A stretch of DNA of 64,000 nucleotides from Paraspadella gotoi (lineage: Eukaryota; Animalia; Chaetognatha). Of the stretch, positions 1 through 42,272 are shown one piece after another (the first letter of the stretch is position 1; each line of letters opens with the position of its first letter). The position numbers and the translations under genes were made by a program. Location of the stretch: the NCBI GenBank assembly GCA_051294375.1, contig CM119270.1, positions 8,729,213 through 8,793,212 on the forward strand. The letters are read 5' to 3'. The notes below the pieces were generated by a model, which made no database searches, was not told the DNA's origin, and saw nothing but the letters and a program-made list of their open reading frames with translations.

Positions 1-123
1 GAGTAGGTCTGACGATAATTTACCTTATTACCTACTCTTTGCTCCTTCTGAAAGGTTTTAATAGGTTTAATTTATACTTCCAATTTACAAAGTTTAAACG
101 CTTTTGCTTTTTCTCATTCTTAG

Positions 124-8005
<7,882 letters not shown>

Positions 8006-10751
8006 GACGACGACGATGACATCAATTAAGTGAACGACTCACAGTTTTGGTATCTGGTTTGAAAGGATCAATTGTATTCGCTCTGTTCGATTGTTGATTT
8101 TTTTTAATGTGTTGTATTTTCTTCACGAAACAGTAGATACAATTTACGATTTTACAGTTATCGATTAGGTTAATTATAGTCGTGTTGTTTAACCTTCGCT
8201 TTGAAGTAACCAAACATAAGGCACGGTTCACTCGGTGTGAAAAAAATCTTAATTAATATTAACTTTACAAATCCTTGTTTTAGAATCTTTAGCTCGATAA
8301 ATTTTTTCAAGGCAAAACTTTTACTAACAAATTTATCAATAACATCTTCAGCGTAACTGCAAAAAGTATTATCACTGCCCTTTGAGTGACAATATTTTTT
8401 TTTAAATTTATATCCCGCCGTTGTAAGAAAGCTTCATATTTTAACGACTACAATAGTTTTTGGGACACAATAGAAACCAAAAAGATGTTTCCCAATCTCA
8501 CCGTTTCTGTCGCTTTTTTTCTCCCTTAAAAAAAAATACATTGAATGAAATCGTTATTTGTTGATTTTCTCTTTTATGTTTTCTTTATGCAAAAATATTA
8601 TCAACTACAAAAACTATATACTATCTAGAATTCGATTGGAGACTGTCCAATTGTGATCATTCTGAACAAATTTGTTTCTTTTTGAAAATTAACCATTGGT
8701 TTCGCGTTTTTTTAATGTGTTTTTGCGTCGGCCTTCTGATTGCCGATGAAACTATTATTCATAATAACCAGTTTAGTTACTGATTTAGACTTTTAGGCAT
8801 TCCCTTTTCGCGATGCTGAAAATTTTAGACCGTATCATATGCCAATATTGTAACATGCTTATTTCGTTGAGGGAATTTTTTAAGGCTGCTATATTTTGTG
8901 TATTAGTTATTTTAATGAAAGAGGTTTCCCTATTTTTAAAACTTTTCTTGATAAAGATCAGAAATCCTTGTCTGTTGATGTCCTAAAGACTGGTTGCTGG
9001 TTAAAGATAAAAAAGTATGATAATATTTGACCAACATTTGTTGAGATTAAATCTTTCGTTTTTTTAATGACTGTTAGCCTCTTTTTTAAAAAAGCACTTT
9101 CACTAGTCATACTGCACTCGTGTTTTCGTTTTAAGACTTCTTCAATCATCAGCAAATTGTTCCGTTTAACTATTTAATTGTTGCTTTGAATTCATGACAA
9201 AAACCATAAAAAGAAAACATGAACTAATTTAGTACTTTTATAAATAATTCCTTTGCAATGCTTCTTATCATTGTGCCAAAATTGTTTCCTTTTTCGTCCG
9301 GATTTATTTGATTGCGCTGAATGACATCGTTTTAATAAAATAATATTGATACTACTATTTTTGAAGTAATTATATTAATTTCATGAAATAAACATTAGAC
9401 GCCATTTCTCTCCTATTTTTGCTGTGGAAGCAATCATGTCAACTTATCATTGACTCATAAAACATATTGATCCTCTTCGTCATCACCGCATTGTAATAGT
9501 TCATTAAAATTATTTCTCATCTTTTTTCATCCAGACAATTACAAACGATGAACGATAATCCCCTTGAAAGAAACTTTTAATAAAATTCTTCTTTGGTTAC
9601 CACTTAAATTTGGGGAAAAAATACGCTAAACCTTTTTTTATCTGTTGTACTTAGATTATGCATAAGATTTAATTAAAGCCAAGCTTTTTAAAATTGTAAT
9701 ATAGGTCATATAAATGATTTCCACAAAATAATTTAAACTCGTTTCATGTAGAATTGTGTTTACTTTTTAGGCCTCCTAATTCGATAGTTCCCATTTCGGC
9801 TAAACAAAATCTATCTGGCTTTCCTTCCCTTGTGACTCGATGTTCATTTCATATTTCCTATCATGTCATGATTGTGATTCTCCATTTCATATTTTATGAC
9901 TTTGTTCGGGAAGGGAAAAAGATCTTCTTTACACTAAAACCCGCATTTTTTTTACGAGATACAGTAATATTGATTATAATGAAACATTAGGTATTTCGAT
10001 GACAGTATATTGTCTTCATTATGCAATGTCAAAGCAAGTCAGGTTCAAGCATTTTGATCAACACAGATACATTATTCTTAAACTTGTAAATTCGGTAGCT
10101 TGTATTTATTTACTGGCTTTCAGTGGGAAGGCGAGCTAAGTTATTGACATTTTAATTAGAATAAAAAGACCGCAATAAAAATCAATATGATGACAAATTT
10201 TAAGTTTTCCATTTCGAAAAAAAATAATTAAATACTTAATTTTAGCTAATACAGCTCTATATCATAAGTAACATTTTAGTAGGGATGCTAAAAAACCAGC
10301 TCTTATTGTCATCATCGACTTTTTCATCTTTTTTTCTATTATGTATTATGTATTATGTATTCAATGAAAGCAAAATAATTTTTTTTTCTAATTGATCGCA
10401 ATTAAAAGATGTTCAGTGAGTTACTAGACATAAAAAACAATTATCGACTGGAAAAAGCGAAAAAAAAGATAACTTGAGAAACTAACTGACGGTATTTTAT
10501 ATTTAAATGTTATGTTTAATAAAAAATGCAGCTTTTTTTTTTTGATTATCGATTATGGTTTTAAGCTTTTGCATTTGTGCTAAACTAAGCAATACTGCGG
10601 TTGCTGTTTAATCTCATACTTACTGAAAGATTAATACTTTCTTTAATTTTATTTTCTCATCAAAACGAACAAAGTAATTTTTAACAAAATTAAACTCGAT
10701 GTAAGGAAAGTGGTTTGCAATTAATCATTGCCGTTAAACTTAAAGATGCAG

Positions 10752-15550
<4,799 letters not shown>

Positions 15551-18500
15551 CTGGAAGGACCAAGTTTGTGGAAGAAAAAAAGTCGCGGTGAGGAAAAAAT
15601 ATGGAATAAAAATTGAATAGATGAACGATGATTCTGCGGGAGAAAAATGGACAAAAATATGGACTAATAGACAAAATTGACCAAAACAAATAATATAATT
15701 TGCATTTTGTATTTAAACTATAAATCACATTGAAAGTGCATCCTTTTTCCTCCCAAAAAATATATTATGGAAGGAGAGATTCATTCGACCTCAAAAAAAA
15801 AAACTTCGAGGCCAGAAAGAAAAATAAGCCAAAGAATGCAGGTCAACGGTCCAAGGTCTCTCGTGTTTATCAACTCGCATGACTCTATCAATCCACTATT
15901 TTAAACTCTAAGAAATCTCGCTAATACTTTAAGTTTTGCCTTTAAATCTTTCTCTAGAGACTCGCTCAACTTTTTTAAAATTTAAACTTTGTTGACTTCT
16001 TCATTTTGAAATTTGTTTTGACGTGTTCCACTCAACAAATCTTGTCAGCTTCCTTTACTAAATTGACTATTTGACTATTTGACTTTCTCAACTTGATACC
16101 ATGGTGTATATAACCCTTTGAAACCTGTTATCATTTTCACTTACTCAAACGATTCAGTCACCTTATTATTACAACTTTCAAAATTTATGTTTAATATTCA
16201 GTTCAACTTCATTTATGCGTTGCTCTCGATTTGTTAGAATTCCCAATAATTTTTATGGCTCGATATTTTTGACGGGGATTTCTACCAAAAAATATTAACT
16301 TGCATGTTTATCATTATTCCGGAATAGTTTTAAACGGAATAGGTCAGAAATTATGAAAATTATCTTTATTATTATATCATTATTACTAAATATAAACGTT
16401 CTATATTTTATGCTACGAAATAATGAAATAACACTCATGCCATTTTTTAAAGAAGAATAATAGGAAAATTAACAATTATTATTAAGATATATAGATATAT
16501 ATATATATATATTAAGATAAAAAGACAGTCGCTTCGTCTTCTGACATTCATCGTCACCCCAAGCTTCATCTTCCACAACAACAACAAAAAACTAGGTCGA
16601 AGTCAGGATCGATTCGCCCTGAGGTCGACTTCAGGGTCAGCCCCCAATCGTCGAGATGATTTCGACGGGCCAAATCGTCGGCGTCCTTTGATGTTAAAAT
16701 CAAAGTGTTCCGCGTGAATATTTTCGTCAATCTTTGACGACATAATAAAAACAAGGAAACAAAAGCAAATAAACCGTCGCTTAATATAACAGTCAAGAAC
16801 TAAATTTTTTTCTAAGATATCAAATGTCCAGAACTAAAAAATAAAACGACTACAATTTTATGACAAATTTAAAAAAAACACATTGGAAAGCCAGTTGACA
16901 AATGTCTAACAGTTATAATCGACAATTTTTTTCTTGCTTTGCCTTAACTTTGGGTTCAAAAAGAATTTCGTAGTTCGTAAAGCGATCATAACATAATAAG
17001 CGAAAGGGAAAAAAATGAAGTGATAACGATCATGATGGATATTGACGAATTTTATCGCGGAGATGATGACGTCTGTCAACACTTTGTCAACATCTCAGAT
17101 AACACATTTTTCTGAGCAATGAATTTAAAGCGCTGGTTCTTCAATTGAAGGTATTGTAAAATATTTAATATTTTAAGCATAAAAAAATCCTTTTGGTCGC
17201 GCTGCCTCAATTCCAAAAAAATCGAAAATTGTTATTTTATCGTCGTAGCGCTGGTTTTCTTAACAAACGTAAATAATCGCCAATCACGTGGGGTATCAAA
17301 GAAATGATACATGTGGAAAAAAAATATATATATAACAAATGGTTCGATCGTTGTACCTCTGGCGAAAATCCATCGACGAAAAAAAAAGCAAGAAAAAGCA
17401 AAGTTGGATTTTGGGAAAAACGTCCAACTTCGTAAAATCACGTCGGGTCTCATATAACGACGAATATGCGTCGTGTTAGAGTTTCTTCGATAAGAGTAAC
17501 TTCTAAGTAAACTCAGTTTTGTCTTTAATGAGAGATTAATCAATGATAATTAAGACACGAGGTTATTGTCGATGTTTGCGCGATATTTTTTTTCTTTTTA
17601 GTTTGGTCCCATAAATTTTTTTGAATAAATTGTTGAATTATGTAACAAAAGAAAAAAAAGATGACAAAAGAGTTTAAGATTATAACAATTCAATATGAAA
17701 AAGTTTAAAAAAAATTAACATCCAATTGGCCGAACCATCGTAATCTTTAAGAATAAAGTTCTCTCTTAAATCTATTTGTAAATAAACAAAAAGCAAACGT
17801 AAATTAAACCTATTTAAAAAATGAAGGTAAGAGTTCATCCGACTAAAATGAAAGAGAAGTGAAAAATAAAACGATGTTAAAAAACAGGAATGGAAGGAGC
17901 AAAAAAACAATCGGGCGTCAAGAAAAAAAATTCGTAGATCGGTTGGTATCCTCTCTCTCTCTCTCTCTCGTCTCTCTCGTCTCTCTCTCGTCTCTTCTCT
18001 CTCTCGCTTCTCTCTCTCATTCAACGTTATTCGAGTATTTCATCATCGAGTCGACGGTCGAGATTCTCCATGTCAATTTTGAACGAATTTTCCTCGAAAA
18101 ACAAAATCAATCATATCACTATCATTATCATATCACTATCATCATCAGTCAAATGAATCATTCAAACACTAAATCAACCAAATAAATAATCCATAACCAT
18201 TTCGAAAATTAATCAATGACTCTATGCATCATTCCATCAATCCATCAAACGAAAAAAATGCAATTGAAAAAAAAAAATTAAGGAAATTATATGAATAACG
18301 CGTTTCCCGAAAGTTCATTTGCACTGGACGCGAGTCCTTGTAATGTCGATCATTGTTGATGTTCTTTATTGGGTTCCGGTTGTCGGCTTCGTCGTCGTCG
18401 TCATCTTCTTCATGCTTGGCATCAGCTGGAAAGAAGGGCCGGAGTTGTGGTTTCTATGAAGAAAGCACGCGTGATGAGGAAGCGTCGCAGGTTCAACTGC

Positions 18501-20356
18501 AGCAAAATAGCTGAAACAGCCGCAGCGGCAGCAGCAAACGGAAAAGGAACGCTGCAGCGGCACATATAAGCACAAAGCAGTTGTATGGAAGATTCTAGGA
18601 ATGGGATAGTGCGATCTAGGGTGAGAAATAAAAATGATTTTGTTGAAAAGGGAAAGTGAAAGAAAAAATAAATGAGGCGAACTGAGTCAAAGGAACCGAA
18701 GAGAGAGAAAGAGAGAGAGAGAACTAGGTAACCATAAATTTTATATTCCACTAGATTTGATTTATGATAGTTGTTAACCTCTTTTTAAAAGTAAATGAGT
18801 TATTCTTAAAAATCTTTAAAAAAATTAGTATATTTATATTTTAAACATTCAAGAAGAAAAAAATTAGGGCTGTTTCTTTTCAAAACAGGAATCTGCTTGT
18901 ATCTATAGGAGTACGTAAATAAAAGTCATTGAAGTAATTGTGGGTAATAATCGTGGGTGCCATTGATGATTCTTTTTAACAATTAAATTTCAATGGACAT
19001 TAAAAAGGCATAGACCTATGCGTATATTAATACAAGATAAATGACTCTCGTTTTTCGAATGATAGCGAGATGTCTCTGAAAGTCGAACCAAGCATAAAAT
19101 CTGAACAAGGGGCAATTATCGCAGACTTATCAACCATAAATTGGTCATAAAAAAAAATGTAATGTTATAATAATCATTCTGTTTTGTTACAAAATCTTTT
19201 TTAAAGACATAACGGTATCCGGTCGAAATGACGGACTAAAACAAAAATCAAAACAAAAGATTTTAAAAGATTTTAAACGAAAACATGCCCGTAATTTTCA
19301 GTAAAAAAATGTTTATAAAAACTGAAGTGGAAAAAAAAACTTAAAAAGTTTTCCTGAAACCTACCGCAAGCGAAATCCTTTTAGCTTGTTCTTTCAATTT
19401 ATGTACCGAAAAGTCGAGAAACTTAAATTGAATCAGTCGGCCACTCCTTTGAATGTTAATAACCTTTCTACGTATTTTGACTTCACCTAAAAGTTTATTT
19501 ATGACAAATTCACGTTCACGGTTGACGCCTACGAAGTTCACTTGAATTAGTAAGTTATTTATAACGACACGTTTCTTTTTTATTTCAGTGATGTAATAAC
19601 TAATTTTAGGTTATTGCGCAATATTTGGCATCATTAGTTTGGTATGCGGTTTAAACTAAATTTTGCTTGCGGCATTTATGAGCTCGCACTTCTAATTGTC
19701 ATCTCGGGCAGCAATTGGCTATTTTTTTTATTAATGTTTACACATAATAAGTAGTTTAAAATTGTTTTAAAATTTTATTTCGAATATATTTTGGCATCAA
19801 ACATTTCACCCATTAAATTAAAATAATACGGAACAAGAATTAAACCGGATTGTGGTCAAATGATTATCACTTTACGTTACATCGACGAAACAAACAGAAT
19901 AAACCAACATCTACATTTATTAACGAAAAAATATTATTTTATCACAACACAAATTTAGTTTGTTCACAGCACCGACCGATTTTTATCTATGCATACAAAC
20001 TATTTATAATCAACGCGAAACAACTTGAAGAACGTTTGGTGCCGTAATTGTAATTGAAAACTACTTGGATGCATCTGCAATAACTTCGAAAATAAAAAAA
20101 ACTGACGGTTCATCAAAATAAATGTTAAATCACAAAAAGGTTTAATTTAAAGTTGAGATCATTGATAAACTAATTAAATCTCTACAACAACAAGACCAAC
20201 GACAAAAAATAAACGAATAAATCTCACTATAATTTTCAAAATTTCGCAGTATTCACATCTGGCGCGTAAAAATAAAATTAGGAATTCTAACTGATGGCTT
20301 ACCTAATCATTTGAAACTGACACCCCCTCCACCTGGACATCTCCACCCCAACCTAT

Positions 20357-35106
<14,750 letters not shown>

Positions 35107-35387
35107 CTGTTTTGAAGGGGGAAAATAAAAAAAATATGTAAAACAAATCACTATATGACTTTCACTAGGAATTTTCGCTAACTATTAATATTTCTGAGTC
35201 TGATAATAAATTTACAACAATATCACGAACGGATGTCAAAACGACGATAAGTACGAAGCTTAGTACGTCAACGACGACGACGACGATAACGACGAGTCCG
35301 CGTCGTGAACTAACAACCGACGAGGAATTCAGTGACGCAGTAAACGACGTTGAAATGACCAAAAAAAAAAGGTGGAAAAAATCCGAG

Positions 35388-35425
<38 letters not shown>

Positions 35426-37394
35426 TAACGAAGACAGCAGCAATTTTCATTTTAAACGAGTCCTATTTAGATTCGATTAAAGCTATTTTGAGGAGTCCAA
35501 ATTTAAAAAGTTATATATTACGGAATATCATCTCTATATTACTTCTGTATTAAGTGTACGTACATTTATTTTTTTTTCTAATGGGTTCAGAAAAAAGAGC
35601 GATGCCATAGTTGCCATTTATTATAGGAGCATGCGTGTCTGGCTTGGGGTCTTAAAATATAAAATCACAAAGTCAAATCTCTTTTTGACCGCGCATTGGA
35701 CCGATAAAAGTTGCATATTTCGCCGAATTTCTCTGTCTTCTGTTTTTAAGGTCGCCAGCTGCCACGTGTAATTGTTCCGACGTGTTGCACTTGCACTACT
35801 CGGAGACTTGCTTTAATAATCGCGGGCGCTTCTGGGACGACAACCTCCCCAAAAAAAAATTCGTGTCGCAAGGGGGGAGGATGGGGGGGAGCTACTTTAA
35901 TTCCAGTCGGCTCAGGTGCGATCAAGAAATGAGTGGGGAGGTAAGTAATGGACCAAAGTCACTAAAAGAAAGAAAGAAGGAGAATGAGGGGATTCCGGGG
36001 AGATGGGGATCGAGTCAGCGGTCCGGGCGACGGAGTTTTCAGGGAGATAATGGTTAGGAAATGTTAGTTAAGCTTCAAGTCCAAAGGACTTTTTAGTTTT
36101 TACCTGAGACAATTGACCTTCGGGGGAAAAATGACTGAAGGTAGAAGAGGAAGCGTCTATATTAATGGCGACAAAAAGATCCTAGATTTTGCCAAGAAAA
36201 ACTTGACCAGCGAATGATTTTAAAGAATTGAGCAGCGAGGGAAATATAAATCCGATTTAAATCAATTAAAGAAATATATAATACGATAAAGAAGGAAGCT
36301 TTCCAAGTTTCTGTGTTCGTTGGGAAATACCCGGCAAGAAGGGGGGGGGGATGAATCGATGGAGCTAAGATAAATAGGTGGCTCAATGTGCAACGCCATC
36401 TGCTAATGACAACAATATTCAAGGTAAAACGTGATGTCGATCTTTAAACGCAGGACACGTTTTTGTTAATGTTTAGTTTGGGATAAAAATATTCATTAAT
36501 GTTTGAGGCATCTTAACCCAGTTTTATTAATTTTTAGAATGTACTAAAAAAAAACCTCGTGGACTTCATCCCGCTTCAGACTGCTTATCTACATAAAGAT
36601 GCCCTATGTTTTGGAGATAATCTCGGGAGGGGTCTAGAAGGGGGGGCGGTGGGGAAAGGCTGTCATGGTGGCCTCAGGAAGGCTCCGTCTGCATCGTTGA
36701 GTGGATGGCGACGTCTGTTTTACGAAGTAGAAGATGAAGAAGACGATGGGACGGAGACAAGAGAAAAAGATGAGCTGACTGATAAAAACGGAGGGAGAAA
36801 AAGGAGGAAAAGAAAATAGGAAATAAAAACGAGAAAAAAAGAAGAAGAGAAGAAAGTTTGGCGGGAAGCCCGCCACTATGACGCCTTTATCACAACACGT
36901 CACGAGGGGAAACTAACTCAATGACTATGACTATGACGACGACGACGCCGACGACGACGACGATGTTGATGATAAGGAAGAATAAAAGCTAAAAGCAAGG
37001 CGCTGTAAGGATGATATGACAGATATCTCTGATAGATTTTGGACCACAACTTATTGGTTTATTTTGCCTAAAGATTTAGGATGCATTGTCCTTTTTGTTT
37101 GTTTGCATGGGTCATGCAGTTTGGCTCAGTTCCTTCTAATCCTGACCAAACTCTATTTTTCTCTTATTTCTCATTTGCATTATTTTTCGGTCAGTCTGTT
37201 ACGTGTTACACTTGTGTCATAATTTTTGTTTTACTTGTTTTTAAAAATAGTACAATACTTCATAGCTACTTCACTCGGCTTTTTAAGCTCGCTTTTTGCT
37301 TTCTTTCTCTTTTTGTCGTCTAGTTTAGTAATTTCGAGTAATATGCAGAATGATTTTCAGACGTAATATAAAAATGAATGCATTTTCTTTCAAA

Positions 37395-37463
37395 AGGCCG
37401 CCACACCATTTTCGTCAATGACGGGATCCATCTATCATTTCCCTTACAACTCAAGATGACGAC

Positions 37464-37497
<34 letters not shown>

Positions 37498-37622
37498 CTG
37501 ATGATCATTATCATGATCATGATGTCGAAGATAGCCATGATGATGCGGATAATAATAATGATAATTCTGATAATGATGATTGATTTTGATAATGATTCTG
37601 ATTCTGATTGATGATGATGATA
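37395..37622. repeat. Degenerate (ATG/ATT)n trinucleotide region
   Basis: GAT-rich tandem tract; the source of poly-M, poly-I and poly-H ORFs. Confidence 0.85.
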
Positions 37623-38134
37623 ACAACGAATCGGATGCAAAATGGACTCTCAACCAAATTCGCCGAGGCCCAAGATCTTATCATTATTGGACATGACAAA
37701 AAAAACAATTTATTCTTGCACGTGACAATAAGGAAAGGACTGCTCAGAACCTAGACACGAGGAAACCAATAGTAGACGTGGCGAATAACAAATGAACGAT
37801 GCCTCTGGATGTTGGAACGGTTTACCTTGCTCTCAATGATTCTTTTAAAAATTTTACATTATACGCAGTGTTAGAGGTAAAACGCTCTATCATCTATGAT
37901 ATGGAACAAGACGACAACGAAAAAGAAGACTAAGACGAAGCGCTTGCAGTAGGTCTCTACCTCCACGGGGTGCTTCCGGGAACATCCTTTCAGATGGCAA
38001 AAGAGACAGGAGGCTCAAGCAAACTTGGCCCAGCCGATCTGGTCACCTCCCCCCTTTTCCTCCTTTCCCCTTTCCCCCCTCCCATCTCCACTTCTCTCCC
38101 TCTCTTCCTCTATCTTTCCCCACCCTTTTTAAAC

Positions 38135-38244
38135 AGCATTCTGGCAACAGCCTCTTAAGGAACAGTTGTCTGCCACCTAAGACAGCTTTGAGAGTGAGGT
38201 AGTCCATGTTTGGACGAATGCCTCTCAAGTCAAGTCAAGTCAAG
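38135..38244 (+). mobile_element. Possible LINE/SINE 3' end with (TCAAG)4 tail
   Basis: A GC-balanced segment ends in TCAAG x4 at 38225-38244; short tandem tails are typical of some non-LTR retroelements. No ORF or TSD found. Confidence 0.3.
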
Positions 38245-38331
38245 ACTATGATGAAGCCAATGCAGACGAACCTGAATCGAGAGCAACGACATTTAAAAAA
38301 AGATGACGGCGATGTTAAAGACTTTGACTGG

Positions 38332-38962
38332 TCGAGAGGCGAGAGTCGAGAGTCGAGTGTCGAGAGGCGAGAGTCGAGAGTCGAGAGGCGATAGTCGAGA
38401 GCCGAGAGTCGAGAGGCGAGAGGCGAGAGTCGAGAGTCGAGAGTCAAGAGTCAAGAGTCAAGAGTCGAGAGTCGAGAGGCGAGAGTCGAGAGGCGAGAGT
38501 CGATAGGCCAGAGGCAAGAGTCAAGAGACGAGAGATGAGAGTCAAGAGTCGTGAGGCGTTAGGTGAGAGGCGAGAGGCATGAGGCGTGAGGCGTGAGGCG
38601 TGAGGCGAGAGGCGAGAGGTGAGAGGCGAGAGTCAGAGTCGAGAGTCGAGAGGCGAGAGTCGATAGGCGAGAGTCGAGAGGCGAGAGTTGAGAGGCCAGA
38701 GGCAAGAGTCGAGAGACGAGAGATGAGAGTCGTGAGGCATTAGGCGAGAGGCGTGAGGCGTGAGGCGTGAGGCGTGAGGCAAGAGGCAAGAGTCGAGAGA
38801 CGAGAGATGAGAGTCAAGAGTCGTGAGGCATTAGGCGAGAGGCGTGAGGCGTGAGGCGTGAGGCGTGAGGCAAGAGGCGAGAGTCGAGAGTCGAGAGGCG
38901 AGAGTCGATAGGCGAGAGTCGAGAGTCGAGAGGCGAGAGTCGAGAGGCGAGAGTCGAGACGA
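38332..38962. repeat. 7-bp-unit minisatellite (GAGAGTC/GAGAGGC/GTGAGGC/AAGAGTC), ~630 bp
   Basis: About 90 heptamer variants, including a recurring higher-order block. Confidence 0.92.
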
Positions 38963-39669
38963 CAGCCAAAGATGACGTCATCCTTGCATTCAGGATTTTC
39001 CCGAAAAATCTCCGCCTCCCTTCACTTCACTTTTTCTTGGTTTTTTATCAGAAAAGCAAAAGAAATTTTATTTCATTAAAATTTCTCTGGCATAATTAAT
39101 GAAAATTGAAATCAAAGACAAAATTTATTTCAATCTTAGACGCTAGACTTTTCTGAGCAAGCATTCTTCATGTACTTACATAATGATCTACTTACTCAAT
39201 GCTCATAGCCCTTTTAGGTTGCTATATATACGGACGGTGAAAGTGAAAAAGCTTCTGTATCTATCTCAATAGATATCTTTATCACGGAGAAAGGGACTGA
39301 GGTCGACGTGACCTGGGCCTTTTCGAATCCGAGGTATTCTATGCACGTTTTCTTGAGTAAATGAGAATGCCCAGAACATATAGAAATTAGTTTCTATTGA
39401 AATTAAACAGAACAGTCATTAAGAATGAATAAGTTTGCGAAATATCTGGCCGAGAGTTATGGGGAGAGTTATAGGTTTAAGAATGTCGGTTAAAAAACAT
39501 CTAAAAATGGTTTGCGCGACCTTTATTCGACCCTCTGCCCCCAAAACATAAAACGCCAGTTTTTAGAATAGCTTTTTGAAAAAAAAAAGTTATTGAGGCG
39601 GAAGTTCCAACTGAAACTTGAAAGTTAAAATAAATAGAAAATAATAAAATTAAAAAAACAGAAAAGAAA

Positions 39670-39762
39670 AAAGAAAAGAAAAGAAAAGAAAAGAAAAGAA
39701 AAGAAAAGAAAAGAAAAGAAAAGAAAAGAAAAGAAAAGAAAAGAAAAGAAAAGAAAAGAAAA
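39670..39762. repeat. (AAAAG)n pentanucleotide microsatellite
   Basis: About 18 perfect units. Confidence 0.95.
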
Positions 39763-40072
39763 TTGTCCAAAATGGATTCCCTTTCCAACGGCGTTCCATG
39801 GAATGTATCTTACGCCAGTCAGAATGACCTTGCATCGAATACGGATCCCAAATGACCTTGAAGGATTCTTCAGCGTTTCCACCCAAAAGATCTATTTCTC
39901 GGGATTTTCGTCAGTCAAAGGCCGAGAAATCCTCTTTACGGAGATGTTCTCTCTTTCACAGAAAATGTAACCCAGTTTTTCCCTCCGACGACGATAACGA
40001 CGACGATGTCGACCGTGAGAGGAGAGGACGGGGAGCCGCTTATTTCCATATTCTCATCAGTTATAACTAGGC

Positions 40073-40117
<45 letters not shown>

Positions 40118-42239
40118 TGAGAGAGAGAGAGAGAGAGAGAGAGAGGATATTACTTTTAATCCGTTTCTAGTCCATTATCTTTTATATTGTTTATTCTTTT
40201 GCCTCACTGCACTGACCGTTAAACCCATAAATTGGTTCAGTGAAACCGAACAAACAGGAGTCTATTATAAATCCAATAAATCCTTTATAATGTCTCTACT
40301 TATTCCTGACCATTAAATAAGTTGTACTTTGTAGCTGTACTTAATCTTTCCTTTTTATTTTTTTTTATGTTGCGCGAGTTGTCGTTCAAATTAAAAAAAC
40401 GCCCGCGTCTGACAATTTTCTAAAAAAACTTATGGACTGCCTCGGATGTTTGGTTTAACTTTAACTTGGTTTTAACTTTTATATCTAATAATCCTAAATG
40501 TATTCCAGTTGTAAAGCTTTCCGTCTCAGAAATTCTTGCCGGTTGCTACTGTATTGACTATTGAGGCGACTTACCACTTACCACTTACAACAACAGTATG
40601 TTGTTTTCAGTCTTTTAAAACTAGTATCAAATTTATGCATTTATTTTCTAGCAATATTATTGTGTAAAAACAACAAAATAAGCCTCGTTATGAGTCTGGT
40701 CGGGAATCGAACGCGGTACCTCTCAGTCATCTCGGCTGCTCTGGTTCATGGATTTCTCCTCATCCGGCGTCAAAACTTCCCTTTTTCTCGCCGCCGCCTC
40801 TCGTAGTTTCGGCGTCGTCCGGCGCCGGATTTTCTTCACTTGAAAAATGGATTTTCTACGCGGGAGAAATGGATTTTGGACGCCGTTAGAATTGATTTTT
40901 CCTCCGCGTTTTCAGATGTAAAAAAGATGAAATCAGACTCGAAGAAAAATATATTGAATCCAAGTTTTTCGCGCGGGGTAGAAAAAAAAGAGCTTTATTG
41001 CGGCGGGGATAAAAAAAGGTATAAATCTCGCAGTTTTGACTCCCGAACCGGGTGCATGACTTTTTAGAGGAATGGCCGTCGCTTGAAAAAAAAATATGGC
41101 GCCGTTTATTGGATTTTCAGAGAGACCGTAACCAAAGTGACGCCACCTAGTTGAAAAATTCTCCATCTCATCAATTTCAATTTAACATCGACTATTTGAA
41201 ATACTTTTTTTCCTTTTCCATTGACACGAAAACCTCCTTTTTTTAACAAAAAGGTCAATTTAAGCCTTTTAGCCTCGTAGGCTCGCTGTTTTATTAGTAA
41301 AATAAAACCGGTATAACCGCTTAAGTAACCCATTAAACTTAGATACTGCTCGCCGAGAAAATCGCAAGAAAATTTACTATTTTTGATTACTAAAAATACT
41401 AAATTACTAATTTAGTAAGAATACCTTTTCATTTTCCATCAAGCTCAAGTTCAATTCATTACGTTTCGTATTTAGTAAACTTATTACTTATTTCAGCATA
41501 AATCATTAACCCATGCAACATCCTTTTTAGATTGACTTTATTCAGTATCGTTTCTTCTTCTCCCTCTCGATGGAAAATTTAATTTAATATAAGAAGTAAA
41601 CCTCTTTTTTTTTCGTTAGGAGAAATAATTAATGAGGAGATAAAATTCCCGTTACGGTTATCCTCCTATGGGTTTTTTTTTTCCTCCATTACGAAGTGGT
41701 AGCGATGTTCTGGTCTTCAACTCTTCATCCTTGTCTACCTTGTCTACCTTGTCTACCATGTCTCCCTTGTCTCCGTTGTCTCTTTCCTCACATACCTCAT
41801 GGTCTTCCTCTTTGCATCCTTGATTAATTACTAATTCCTCCCTTACTTCTTTTCTACCTTCTTTCTTTCTACTCGTCTCCTTCCTCGTATTCGTCCTCCT
41901 CTTCCTCCCAGTACCCTCCCTCGTCTTCATCCTCACCATTTTTTTTCCTCCTTTCATTTTCTATTTAATCGTCTTTTTCCCCACACTGTTCCTTTCCTTT
42001 TTTCCTCCTTTTTTTCCCATGCCTTTTTTTTTGTCGATATCTCTTTTCACTTCTCAGCGTCTTTTTCGTCATCTTCTTTTCTTTCCTCCTTTTTTTTCTC
42101 TTTCGTCAATTTGTCTCCCCGTTCCTTTTTTCTTTCTCTACGTTGCCTCCTTCTAACCTTTTTTTTTATCAAAATCCCACGGGGGGCAGATCCAATTTTA
42201 AATGCGAGTTAAACTGTTGTAATCGACGTCTAAGTCTTT

Positions 42240-42272
<33 letters not shown>

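Noticed and set aside
18290-18575. Upstream coding exon of the SLC16 gene
   Set aside because: It is GC-richer and partly coding-like (ADAKHEEDDDDD...), but I could not establish a phase-compatible donor to 15550.
40715-41100. Alternative first exon/promoter of the orphan gene (MTER|GTACCG, E2F-like TTTTCGCGC)
   Set aside because: It is phase-compatible with the 28134 acceptor but only four codons long; too weak to call without transcripts.
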